A stretch of 64,000 nt of DNA from Dictyostelium discoideum (lineage: Eukaryota): positions 3,968,001-4,032,000 of the forward strand of contig CM000154.2 of assembly GCA_000004695.1 (NCBI GenBank). The letters are read 5' to 3'. A program made the translations under genes and the position numbers. The notes beneath the pieces are model-generated. The model was not told where the DNA came from, did not search any database, and worked only from the letters and a program-made list of their open reading frames with translations. This document shows, piece by piece, positions 31,933 through 43,705 of this stretch. How positions within the stretch are numbered: position 1 is the stretch's first letter; each line of letters starts with the position of its first letter.

Positions 31933-33034
31933 TTATATAATAAATAAAACTTTTTTTATAATTTTAGTTTTTGATTTATTTTTATTTTTTAGTAATTTTT
32001 TTTTTTTTTTTTTTTTTCTTTTTTTTTTTTCTTTCTTTTTTTTTTTTTTTATTTTTTTTAATTTTTTTTTTTTCTTTACCTTTTTTTTTTTTTCGATCAT
32101 ATAGAAATAAAAAATAAAAATTAAAAGAATTATAACCATATCAAACCCATACCAAAATTTATGTTTACAAAATCAAATTTTAAATTCACACCATAATAAC
32201 TCAACAATAATAATAAATATTGATAATGGTGATTGCAATTTAGATTGTTCATGATTTTTTACAATAAATAACTTTAATAATATTTCATTCTTACCTAAAT
32301 AATCAAATAATAATAATAATAATAAAATTATAGAAATTATTTAAGAATAGATAACTCTAATGTTAAATTCGATGGATCAATAATAATAATAAACACATTT
32401 GAAATACTAATAATTAGTAATAGTGAAATATCATTCAATAATGGAGCAGTATTTTATCTTGAAGGCTTTCTTGAAAGAAAAGAAACATGTTCAAAGATTA
32501 AATTTTCAACTCAACCATCATAGTGTATTTGATCTAATGGTATAAATTCAGATTCTAGGATACTTGAATTACGAAATCTTTCAATAGAAAATATATCTTT
32601 AATTATAAATTATCATACAGATGATAGTAGCAGTAGTAAAGAAAAAAAAAAGTAAAGTAAAAAAAGTACGGTAGAGAATTCAAAGATTTTAAATTTCATT
32701 TCAGATAGTGATATGATTAATAACTCATATCATTCTACTATTATATTTAAGTATCAACCAAGTTAATTGATCAATACCAAACAACCATCTATCAATTTCA
32801 ATTTGAAAATAATCAATTTTCAAGTTATTTAATTTTTTCAAAAAAAAAAATTCCACCGTTAATCTCTTCAATAAAAAGATACTAAAAAAATCAAGGTGGT
32901 GATAGTTCAACTCTTTTTATGTTTAATGCTTCAAATATCATTGTAAATTATTGTCAATCCTCTTTTAATAATTAGCTTCAGTAAATGTTTTGAAACTGGT
33001 CAAACTATCAATATATTTTTCTGTTAATTATCAA

Positions 33035-33177
33035 ATATTTGATAATTGTACAATTCCATTTAAAAAATGGTTAATTTATTATATAAAAAAAAAAAAAATA
33101 GAAAACTTCTTGTTTATTTATTTGTTTATTTATTTACTTATTTATTTATTATTTATTCATTTGTTTGTGAAAAAAAG

Positions 33178-33209
<32 letters not shown>

Positions 33210-33470
33210 AACTTTTTGTTTGTTTGTGAAAACTAATATTTTTTATTTTTCTCAATTCTTTTTTTTTAAAAAAAAAAAGGAGGAAAATTTTTTTGGATAT
33301 TTTAATTCTGTATGAATATAACAAGTAAAAACAACTGTACAAAATAAGAAATCTAATAAATATATATTTGAATAATTAAATAATTATATAAATAAAAGGT
33401 TGAACAATAATTGTGATTCTAAGCATTATTTAATCTTGATAAAATTTTTGTATGGGCTATCACTATTTTT
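33035..33470. repeat. Copy 2 of the ~440-bp duplicated segment, carrying a decayed copy of the 30128 gene start
   Basis: Contains ATGGAATTGTACAATTATCAAATAT on the minus strand, against ATGGAAGTACAATTATCAAATAT at the real gene start, followed immediately by a stop. The rest is collinear with 30129..30560. Confidence 0.8.
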
Positions 33471-33561
33471 TCTTTTAAAGAATTTCTTCACTTTTATAAA
33501 ACTTTTTTTAATTCTATTTAGAAACAAAAAAAAAAAAAAAAAAAATTAGTCTGAAATTCAA

Positions 33562-33769
33562 TTAAAATAATATAATAAATAAATTTAAAAATTTTAATAA
33601 ATACCCTTTAGCAACCATTTGAAAGAAAAAATGTATCATTTTAATAATGGGATAGCTTTGAATTTGTCTATTTTTTTTATAATCTTCATCAGATTCATTA
33701 CTACCATTTGTATTTAAATTATTGTCACTATTATTAATACCAATATTATTACTATTATTATTTATATTA

Positions 33770-33816
<47 letters not shown>

Positions 33817-34521
33817 TGAAGATGATGATAATGATAGAGGTGAAGAGGATAAAGAAGAACTTGTGGAAGGTGTAGTTTTACCAACAAGTGCAGTTGAATC
33901 ATATGATCTTAAAACTCTAATTTCTTTTTCTCTCTCTTCAACTTTTTGTTCCAAATGTGAAATTTTATCTTTCATTTTTTGGCAATAACATTCAACCTCT
34001 AAATGATATGTAATATCTTGTTCAGTCTTTCCACTATAAAAACAACCAAACTCTTTATTTGGACAATATCTATTACAAAAGAATAAAGTTGTACTTGATT
34101 CCCATAATGCATTATTATCAAAATCTTCATTATTTATATTATTATTATTATTATTATTTATATTATTGTTATTAATATTATTATTAATATTTGGTGATGG
34201 TGGTTGTTGTGATGGTGAAATATTTTCAAATGATGGTGATTTTGAAGAATTGAAAGATGTATTTGATTTTGGTGATGAAAATGAATCACCTGATGATTTC
34301 ATTTCATAGAAATCTTGATATGATAGTGTTGGTGATGATTTATCATTACTATGATCACTAATAACACCATGACTATTAAATTTGCATTGTCTTTCATGTG
34401 CCAATTTTGATCCATAGCTAATTAAACAATTACATCCATTTACTTTGGTTGTAATTTCACCATTATTTGGGTTTTCTTCAACACCATATTGACAATAACA
34501 TAATAATTGGTCAAACTCATC

Positions 34522-34555
<34 letters not shown>

Positions 34556-34869
34556 AATTTAAAAAAAAAAAAAAAATAAATTACAAAATTAATATTTTAT
34601 ATTTTATAATTATTTTATTTCAAATTTTATTAAAATTGATAATAATAAAAATAATAATAATAATTTTTACCTTTTAATTGTTCATTAATAGAAATATTTG
34701 TTAAAGGAAAATTATCAATTGGACAATGTGTTAATGTTTCAACACAAAATGAACAAAAACAATGTAAACAAGTACTATTTTCAAATGGTACATCCATTAA
34801 TCCGCCATGATATGAACATAAAAATTTATCTTCTGGGTTGATTACAAATAATGTTTTAGAAACTTCCAT
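33562..34869 (-). CDS. TRAF-type zinc-finger / RING-finger protein with coiled coil and poly-N/S tracts, 2 exons: complement(join(33562..34520,34681..34869))
   Basis: Exon 1 holds a RING-like motif: MEVSKTLFVINPEDKFLCSYHGGLMDVPFENSTCLHCFCSFCVETLTHCPIDNFPL (compare TRAF6 CPIC...TPCGHRFCKACI...HKCPVD). The donor after ...NEQLK-G is GTAAAA, the acceptor is AAAAAG, and the join gives ...DEFDQLLCYCQYG...CNCLISYGSKLAHERQCKF. A second TRAF zinc finger is FFCNRYCPNKEFGCFYSGKTEQDITYHLEVECYCQ, followed by the coiled coil KISHLEQKVEEREKEIRVL. Confidence 0.6.
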
Positions 34870-35689
34870 TTTAATTTTTAAATTATTATTATTATTATTT
34901 TTTTTTTAAAACAAATAATTTTTTTTTATAATAATTTTGTTAATTATATTTTTATTTTTATTATTATTATTGTATTAATTTATAAAGTGTTTGTTTTTAA
35001 TACCATAAAAAAATAAAAATTAAATAATTAAAAAATTAAAAAATTAAAAAAAAAATTTATTAATAAATTTTTTTTTTTTTTTTTTTACTATTTTTGAAGT
35101 TGTTAATATAAATTAGGGAATAATTTTTAATAATTTATTTTTTTTATTAAATTTTTTTTAATTTTTTCTTTTTCTTTTTTTTCTTTTTTTTGAAATTACA
35201 AATTCTTTGATTGATCATATATTTTTAGCATCAAGTACACATTTATTGATATGTAAGTGTGTGTTAGTGTGTTTTTTTGAAATTGATTCATACAAAATTT
35301 ATCTGGGTGGGGTGTTTTTTTTATTTTTGGACAAAAGTAATAATAATAATAAAAATAAATGGGGTTGTTTTCATAAATCATTTCAGTTAAAATTAATTTT
35401 TTATAATTTTTTTTTATACCCATTGAATTATTTTTTTATTTTTTAATTACTTTTTTAAATATTATCTATTTAAATAATTTTTTTTTTTTTTTAAATTAAT
35501 TTTTTTTTTCATTAATTAATAAAACTTATTTTGAATTGAATGAATTTAATTTTTTATTTTCATTTCTTTTTTTATTTTTTTTGTTTCTTTTTATTTGATA
35601 TTACCTGTTTTATGAATTGTTAAAAAAGTAATAACCATGGTTAATTTATTATTATATAAAAAAAATAGAAAACTTCTGGTTATTTTCTA

Positions 35690-37430
35690 CATCAAAAGGA
35701 AATATTCGATTATTGCCATATCTCGATTATTCAATATTTTTTTTTTTTTTTTTGAATTGGATAACGCAATTATTATTTGCTTCTCCTTGAGATGCTAGAT
35801 CTCATTTTATTTTATTTTTTTTTTTTTTTTTACAGGGTCTCTAAAAGAGGGGTTAGTTTACTTTTTTTTTTTTTTTTTTTTTTTTGTTTCGAATTTTGAA
35901 TTGTATTATTACTTTTGATTAAAACATCTTTTTTGTCCAAACTTTTTTCTAAATCTTTTTTTATTTTATCGTCTGGTTCGTGATTGATGTTTATGACGTA
36001 TTTGAATTGTTTTTTTTTTAATTGAGTTTTATCCACAATTTCGCTTATTTTTTGTAGGCATTTGTGTTGCTTAATATTTGTGGTGTTGTTTGTGATTTTC
36101 ATTTTATTTTCTTTCTATTTTTTATATTTAGACAAAAAAGATGTTTTAATCAAAAGTAATAATACATTCAAAATTCTCACAGACAGTATTAGTACAGTAA
36201 TCTATTTTGTAAATATGTTCGATGCAGAATTAAAAGGACAATTTATAACCACTCTAAGACCAAAAAATATGTATACGGATTTCGATTGGTATAAATCACT
36301 CACAGAAATAGAATGGGTAATAGAAAATGAAGGATGTAAACTAATTAAATCTGAAATTAAAGGCGAAACTCTAATTATCAAAACAGTGAAAAGAGTCGTA
36401 GAAGAATATGACACTATCATTGAACTAGACAATCTAACATTAATTGGTCACTCCAACAAAGGATGGAGAGATCAAACCTCATTACCAGAAAATCAAGAAG
36501 AAAACAAAAATAAAAAACAATCAGATGAACAACAACCAAAATCTACATCAGAACAAATACCAAAACAAGGAAAAAGAACAATCATTATCCCACCAATCAC
36601 CTCCTCATCTAATGATAAAACATTTATGGCCCTAGATGATACAGCTCAAAAGGTAATAGATGCATCACTAGAAAACGTAGATGAACTAACAAGAATAGAG
36701 AATGAGATCAATACCCAATCGATAAAAAATCAAGAAATTAAAACAAAATCAGAAAAACCTATTGAACCACCATCTCCATACAATACACCAATAAAACAAC
36801 ACGGCGAAACAAAGAGACTAACAACGGAAGAAAAACTTAGAGAGGTAAATGATATCTTCGACTTCACCAGCCCAAACACTGATGCAATAAGAAAAATAGA
36901 ATTCCCACTTTCAATCCCTTCAAATCAATGGTTCTTCTCCTCTCCAATAAAACATATCATGAGTTTCAGCCCAACCTATGGTACACCATCGAAAATTATC
37001 GATTCACCAAGTAAATTGTTAAACACACCAAAAAACAAACAACAAGACAAAACAAACAGGACCAACAAAACACCAGTCAAACCAAAATTGGGTGAATATG
37101 GACAAAAAAGCATAAAAACAAAAATGGATGAAGATATAGACAACTTCAACAAGGAAATTCTAAAACAAATCAGTAAATCAAAAAACCCCACAAACACACA
37201 AGACCAACAACACAACGAACAAAGTAAAGATCAGTTAGAAGACAAAATAAACCAGAAACTTCAAAAGGTAGATAAAAATCTACCCCAAATAAAACTATAA
37301 AGAAAAACACAATAAGAATAGGTGTTTGGAACGTCCAAGGATCCAACACCATCCAATCTGCCAGCATAATAAACACCGTATTAGACAACAACAAGCTGGA
37401 CGCAGCACTTCTAACTGAAACAAATAAAAC
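35690..37430 (+). mobile_element. TRE5-type (tRNA-upstream) non-LTR retrotransposon, 3'-truncated: 5' modules, intact ORF1 (36215..37300) and the first ~43 codons of ORF2 (37300..37430)
   Basis: ORF1 (MFDAELKGQFITTLRPKNMYTDFDWYKSLTEIEW...QKLQKVDKNLPQIKL) is a hydrophilic, basic protein of ~361 aa. The composition is lower in A+T than host genes. Directly after its stop comes the ORF2 start KNTIRIGVWNVQGSNTIQSASIINTVLDNNKLDAALLTETNK, the AP-endonuclease opening motif of L1-like elements (xxWNxxGxx...LQETH). The element stops about 48 bp before tRNA-Asp, the hallmark TRE5 integration distance. A 31-bp inverted repeat lies in the 5' region (35908..35940 against 36130..36160). Confidence 0.6.
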
Positions 37431-37477
37431 GATTATTCAATATTGTTATTTCTAATTATTAAAAACTTTCACATCAT

Positions 37478-37549
37478 TCCTTGTTGGTCTAGTGGTGAGG
37501 ATTTTCGCCTGTCACGCGAAAGGCCCGGGTTCAATTCCCGGACAGGGAG
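37478..37549 (+). tRNA. tRNA-Asp(GUC)
   Basis: TCCTTGTTGGTCTAGTGGTGAGGATTTTCGCCTGTCACGCGAAAGGCCCGGGTTCAATTCCCGGACAGGGAG is near-identical in architecture to eukaryotic tRNA-Asp-GTC. The anticodon loop is CTGTCAC. A T6 pol III terminator follows, and an ex-B box AATCGCAGGTTCGACTC sits at 37573..37589. Confidence 0.9.
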
Positions 37550-37572
37550 TTTTTTAAGATTCCAAAAAATAA

Positions 37573-37589
37573 AATCGCAGGTTCGACTC
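37573..37589 (+). promoter_or_regulatory. External B-box (ex-B) downstream of tRNA-Asp
   Basis: The sequence AATCGCAGGTTCGACTC sits just beyond the tRNA's T6 terminator. It has the same extended sequence and spacing as the ex-B box behind tRNA-Ala at 19021..19037. Confidence 0.65.
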
Positions 37590-37639
37590 TTGTTTAAGAC
37601 TATATTGATAATAATAAATAAAGGAAAAAAAAACCGTAC

Positions 37640-39407
37640 CGCGATCAAGAGGATACAAGATACACGTGAAAAGTAATTCATCCTTTTCTATCTTTAATCT
37701 CGGTCAATTTTAACCAATCTTTCAAAAAAAATCACCAATCCACCACGATCTACAGATCTAACTTACCAAATCGCCGATTCAAAGGAATCCCATCGAGATG
37801 AATTCCTACGCAGACGCGGCTAAAATGGCCAACCCCTCCACCCATATGGACGAGGCATCGGAGAACTTCATTAAGGAATTCTCCACAAAAACAGCAGAGA
37901 TAAAGGAGACCTACCCCAAACTATCAATAGGCCTCAAAGACATCTCCAAATACTGCGAGACCATATTGAACATGACTGCGCTCTCAACCTATGAGAAGAA
38001 CAACGGATTCTACCCAATTACTCGAATTCCCCAAAATGGATCTCAAGGGGTTAGAAGAAATGNNNNNNNNNNNNNNNNNNNNNNNNNNNNNNNNNNNNNN
38101 NNNNNNNNNNNNNNNNNNNNNNNNNNNNNNNNNNNNNNNNNNNNNNNNNNNNNNNNNNNNNNTTTACAAATGCATAAATCTGCAAATAATTCAATATACA
38201 TAATAAGTTGGATGGATCAAATCATCAACAAATCAATCTCTTCTCCATACCTTATAAAAATCAAAAAAGAATGGGAAAATTATGCAACTCAAATTGGACA
38301 TCTAAAAGATAAAGTTCAAATCCTACAACCAATATTAATAAAAAATCAAACCTCTCAAACATTAAACACAAATAATATTCCACTACCACCAACACTCAAA
38401 GAAATCTACTCGACAATACTCAACAATCACCAATGTAAATCAAAAGACTATATTGGCAAGAAATATTCAGATCTACTTCTTACTTCGCACCAACAATCAA
38501 TACAACTATTACGGAAATACACATACCACCAACTATTTGTCAAAATTCAAAAATTAAAAGATCCATAAGGCCGTGATACAATGCAAAGATTCCATGCTAG
38601 ATGTTTTCCGATTAATCATCTACACAACAAAGTTTGCCCCATTTGCAACAATGAAATGAATAATGATCCCTATGGTCATTTGTTTTTCAATTGTCAGCAC
38701 ACAATCAACTTCATAAACCACGACAAATTAAAATATTTTATATATAAAAATTGCAATGGAAACAAAAACTGGTCACTAACAAAAAACCAAACAATAAAAT
38801 TATTCACACTCATTTATAAACCACAAACAAACAACAAAGCATTTAAACCAGATCCAACTATCAATATTAATTTTCATTTTGCAGAAAACGCACAATATAA
38901 AAAATACAGGTTCAACTAGAATTATATAAACACAAATCTTGATCTAGTCAGAACACATGCATATTAGAACATAATCTCATTTGTTATTCACCAAATATGG
39001 ATATGGTTATGCAAATCATTATTTGGCATCAATATAACTCAATCAATTGACAATTGGAACAACTAAATAAACAACACAACACTAGATTATGATATATTAA
39101 AATCAAAATGACACAAGCTAATAAGATTGGAATATTCAAGAACATTATCAAACTTTAACCAATACTCAATTAAAAACAACCTCACAAAAACTCAAAAAGA
39201 AACCCAATGGTCTGAAACCATCAAAAAATTTAAAAAAGAATGGAGCATAAACACAAATGAACCAATTCCAACAATTACACCACCAATTAATTATTAATTA
39301 CCTAATCTAAAATAACATACCATTTTAAATTCACAAAAACTAAAAAACCTAAAATAAATAAATAAAAATAACATACTAATTGTATACTACAATAGTTTAT
39401 TTATATC

Positions 39408-39434
<27 letters not shown>
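37640..39434 (+). mobile_element. TRE3-type (tRNA-downstream) non-LTR retrotransposon with a 100-N assembly gap (38063..38162), ending in A28
   Basis: Begins about 90 bp after the tRNA-Asp 3' end. Composition is unlike host genes (roughly 60% A+T, CG dinucleotides present). The 5' ORF MNSYADAAKMANPSTHMDEASENFIKEFSTKTAEIKETYPKL... is interrupted by the N-gap. Past the gap there is a Cys/His-rich ORF MQRFHARCFPINHLHNKVCPICNNEMNNDPYGHLFFNCQH, typical of a non-LTR ORF2 C-terminal zinc knuckle. An untranslated 3' region follows, then poly(A) at 39407..39434. Confidence 0.55.
38063..38162. other. Assembly gap (100 N) inside the TRE3-like element
   Basis: A run of exactly 100 N. A conventional gap placeholder of this size usually means the true length is unknown. 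Confidence 0.95.
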
Positions 39435-39439
<5 letters not shown>

Positions 39440-40027
39440 TATTAGAATATCTATTTATAATTAAACAATAAAGATAATAAATTACACGATATTTTAATTA
39501 TGTAAAAATGTATTAATGATTAAATTTTATTTTAAAATTTTTATTTTTCGACATTTTTCGTTTTTACAAAAACAACGAAAAATGCGCGATTTACAACGTA
39601 TAGAATACGTTTCATTATTATTATTAAATTATTATTTATTATTATTATTATTATTATTTATTATTTATTATTTATTATTATTATTTATTATTTATTATTA
39701 CTATTTATTATTATTATTGATTATTATAAAATCTAATATTCATTACACAAGGTTTCAATTCTTTTTAAACTAAACTTCAGAATTCAATCTCCATAATTTA
39801 CTATTTTTTATCTTAAACTGTTTAAAATTGATCTAATTCAAAAAAAAATAATATAAAAATAAAATATGAGGAAGGATAATGAGGTTAATATAAACTACCT
39901 AAATCTTAGATCCCACATAAAATACGTTCAATGGGATATTAACATTCAATTAAAATAATACATTGAATTTTATTTTTATTTTGATTGTGTGTTTATTATT
40001 ATGTGATGTGGTGATTGTGAAAAGATT

Positions 40028-40104
<77 letters not shown>

Positions 40105-40115
40105 TTAAAATAAAT

Positions 40116-43078
40116 TTAAAGGAAGAATAATTTATCAGATAATTGAGGCGCAGCATCAGCGAAAACTGTTCTACCAATTAAAAATGCCATTTTGTGTGCA
40201 AATTGACAAGTTGCTGGAACACGAACTATAAATTTTAAATTTTAAAGTATTAATATATATATATCAAAATAAAGATTATTTATATTATTTAAATTTAATA
40301 TTAAAATATTAATAATTACCAGATTTTTCAAAGTTGAAATAAAGATGACACATTTGGAAAGTAAATAATTGAAATAAATCAGCAGGCATTTTTTGTTCAT
40401 CCAATAAAACGTGATAATGAGTTGGATTGACAGAACCATTGTTAGTTACTTGAGAGACTAAAAAGAAATCATACCAATTTGGATGGGTAATTTTTGAGTC
40501 AACCAAAGTACCAGCTGGAGGATTACCAATTGGATCAGCAGTAAATAAACGTGCATTTGTATTCTTTTTGACAATGACATACATTAACTTTGGTTTTATA
40601 CCCCAAGAAGATGGTGTTTCAGCAAAACCTTTTTTCATTGCAGCAATTTCAGATCTATTGACAAGATCTAACATACCATCACCAACACCATCACGATAAA
40701 CTATAACCAATTCTGGTAAACAATTATTGAAACTAAAATATTTTGACATTGCTTCTTTAGTTGCTTCTTCAAGAGAATCAATGATTTCTTTACCAGGACG
40801 CTTTTGAACAAAAGATCTTGAGAAATACTTTTGAAATTTATCATCGATAGTTGCAACGAATCCAACTACTGAATGACCTCTCATATCAGAGTTATGACCA
40901 ACATCGATACCAATGATCATTGTTTTCTTTGGAATGACACCATTGAATATTTGTTGATTGAGACCCCATGGTGCATAACCTAACTTTGCAATTACTTGTT
41001 GTTTTAATTTATTGGTTACTGATCTACCTTTATAAAAAGTCCTTGGGAAAATACATTGAGTTAAAACTTTAAATTGAACCAATGATTTTCTCTTTATCTC
41101 TTTATAGATTTCTGGTTGATTTTGTGGAATTAACATTAAAAAGAATTGAATACCATGTGTTTTAATTGCATTCTCCATGATATTAGAGTATTGAATTGGT
41201 CTTTTATCGCGTGGGTCTGTATAACAAATTGTTGTTGGTTGTGACATTCCAGTTTCATTTATGAAATTATAAAGATTGGTTTGGCAATCTCTTGTTCTCT
41301 CATATTCATCACGATCAACAACAAATGCCCATTTAATATTATTCAATTGACGTTTATTATCATTTGGTAAATTCTTTGGTGCACTTAAAACATAACCATC
41401 AACTTTTAAAGCTGGTTGATATGTAATTCCCCATGGTTCTAATGATTTTGAAACTTTTGGATTATTATTAATATCTGAAATAAAATTACTCAATGTTTGA
41501 TATCTTTGACTTGGATCAAAATTTGAATGTTTTGCTAATTCAGCCATAAGTTTAAAATTTTTACGCATCTAAATAATAGTATTTATATTAATATGTTTAA
41601 ATTAATTAATAAGAATAAAAAATAAAAAGAACAAACTTACATGATCACTTAATCCAGTTAAAAATGTTAATTCTGGAATTAAAAAGATAGTTTGTTTAAT
41701 ACCTCTGAATTTAACTTCAGATTTTAATAATGGTTGACGATAATCTGTAATTTTATGATTTGGATAATTTCTTTGATAATATTGTAAAAATGTTGTTGTA
41801 CCATCCATTTTATCATTAACTCCACTTGACCAAGAAATATTAGAGATACGATAGGTTTTATTATTATAACGAGTTAATACAATTGAATTTATAATTTCAT
41901 CAAAACATCTATCTTTGTCATATCTAAGGTATTTAATTCTATCTAATACAGTTTCAGATCTAACAACTTTTGAACTTGTATCTGCTAATAACATTGTACC
42001 AGATTCTGTTGAAACTACAGATGTACTAAAACCTTTCCAAACTTCAAGTAAATAATCTTCAAATTTAATTTTATTTATTGGTGAATAGTAATTTCTACCA
42101 ATAAGTGAAAATCCCATTTTTCTCATATTCTATATTTATAATAAAAAAAAAAAAAAATAAAAAATTATTAATTATTAAATTTAAAAGAAATAAAAAATAA
42201 AAAAACAAAAAAAATAAACTTACATTTTTTGTAATAATATTAAAAAATTGAGAATTAACAGATGATTTATCCCTATGGTTAACTTCTTTTACTTTTCTAA
42301 TAAATATTTGAACACCATCAATTGATTGTGAATTAATATTGATATTAATCGGAGAATATAAAATTGAATCACCATCATAGAAATAAAATTCTTTTGATAT
42401 GTTATTTAATGAAAGTAATTCTCTAATTAATTTACGTCTCTTGTCAAAAGTAACTTGTGGTGGATTAAAATCAATACGAAATTCTAGTGATTTCCTATCT
42501 GAAATAACAATTGGAAAGAAATTTGAAATTAAAGAAATTTGTTTACCTTGAACAGTTCTTGATTTTGCTGTAACAATTGCAACATTTTCAATGTCAGAAT
42601 CTTTAACCATATCTCTTCTTGAAATTCTTGGAACTAATAGATTTGTATTTGTTGTATTTGTTGTTGTAGTTGTTGTAGTTGTTGTTGTTGTTGTTGTTTC
42701 AGGTGTTTGAGGTTGTGTGATTGGTTTTACTTCTTGAAATTGTTCTTCAAGTGGGATACTGTTATTTTGTTTTCCCCAAGCATTTTGAGTTTGTCTTGGT
42801 TGGAAATATTGTTGTGGTTGTTGTGGTTGTTGTAGTTGTTGTTTTTGTTGTTGTGGTTGTTGTGGTTGTTGTGGTTGTTGTGGTTGTTGTTTTTGTTGTT
42901 GTTTTTGTTGTTGTTTTTTTTGTTGTGGTTGTTGTGGTTGTTGTTTTTGTTGTTGTTGCGGTGGTTGTTGTTGATAATTATTATTATTGGTTCTTTGTTT
43001 CAATGGTGATTGACTTCTATCAATTTCTTGATGAGATTTTGGTTCACCATTGAATCCTTTTTGTTTTTTTGGGATCAT
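40116..43078 (-). CDS. Argonaute/Piwi-family protein (PAZ + PIWI), 4 exons: complement(join(40116..40225,40320..41568,41641..42129,42224..43078)), ~900 aa, poly-Q/poly-T N-terminus
   Basis: PAZ region ...ISNISWSSGVNDKMDGTTTFLQYYQRNYPNHKITDYRQPLLKSEV. PIWI domain with the catalytic residues ...MIIGIDVGHNS...LPELVIVYRDGVGDGMLDLV...NPTHYHVLLDEQ. A final 110-nt exon (GTAATT donor, TTTATAG acceptor) encodes VRVPATCQFAHKMAFLIGRTVFADAAPQLSDKLFFL*, which matches the Piwi C-terminus [21 protein letters not shown]...NRLYYL. All junctions conserve phase and the exon lengths sum to a multiple of 3. Confidence 0.8.
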
Positions 43079-43705
43079 TTTAATTTGGAAATATTAAAAT
43101 ATTAATTAATGAAAATATTATGTATTTGTTTAAAAGATAAATAGGTATTTAAAAAATTTATATTGTTATAGCAAAAAAAAAAAAAAAAAAAAAAAATAAA
43201 ATTAAAATATTATTTTAATTAAAAAAAAAAAAAAAATGGGTTAGGAATTTGTGAGAAAAAAATAATAAATAAATAAAAAGAAAATATTATTTTAATTAAA
43301 AAAAAAAAACAAAAATACAAAATAAAATAAAATTTAAATTAAAAATAAAAAAATAAATAAAAAAAAAAAATGTGAAAAGATTTAACCACTTAAAAAAAAA
43401 ATTTCCAAAAAAATATCTTGTTTGACAACATTAATTTTAAAAAAAAAAAAATAATAATAATTCCAAGCCCAAAATGCTTAAAAGATTAAGTTTGTAAAAT
43501 ATCTTCTAAAACCATTAAAAAAATAAGGATTTGATTAATTTTTTTTAAAAAAAAAAATTTTAAATTTAAACAAGTTATTATTTTTGTTTCCAAAACTGAT
43601 GATATTTTAAAAAAAGATTTTTTTTTTTTTTTTTTATTATTTGATTATTTATATTTTTTTTTTTTTTTTTTTTATAAATTTTTATTTATATTATTACAAA
43701 ATTAA

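Noticed and set aside
32230-32640. Possible plus-strand pseudogene (…NSNVKFDGSIIIINTFEILIISNSEISFNNGAVFYLEGFLERKETCSKIKFSTQPS*)
   Set aside because: The reading frame is interrupted repeatedly and I recognise no homologue. I mention it only as part of the decayed duplicated region rather than as a feature.
35830-36102. Minus-strand 90-aa ORF sharing DKKDVLIKSNNT with the start of the plus-strand 36062 ORF
   Set aside because: It arises from the 31-bp inverted repeat in the 5' region of the TRE5-like element. It is unlikely to be an independent gene.
40028-40100. T73 homopolymer, and similar A/T runs of 40-60 nt elsewhere (e.g. 4270..4315, 31038..31075, 63670..63760)
   Set aside because: These are typical of dictyostelid intergenic and UTR DNA. 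They are not evidence of a specific element.
42721-43053. Plus-strand poly-Val ORF
   Set aside because: It is antisense to the CAA/CAG-encoded poly-Q tract of the Argonaute N-terminus.
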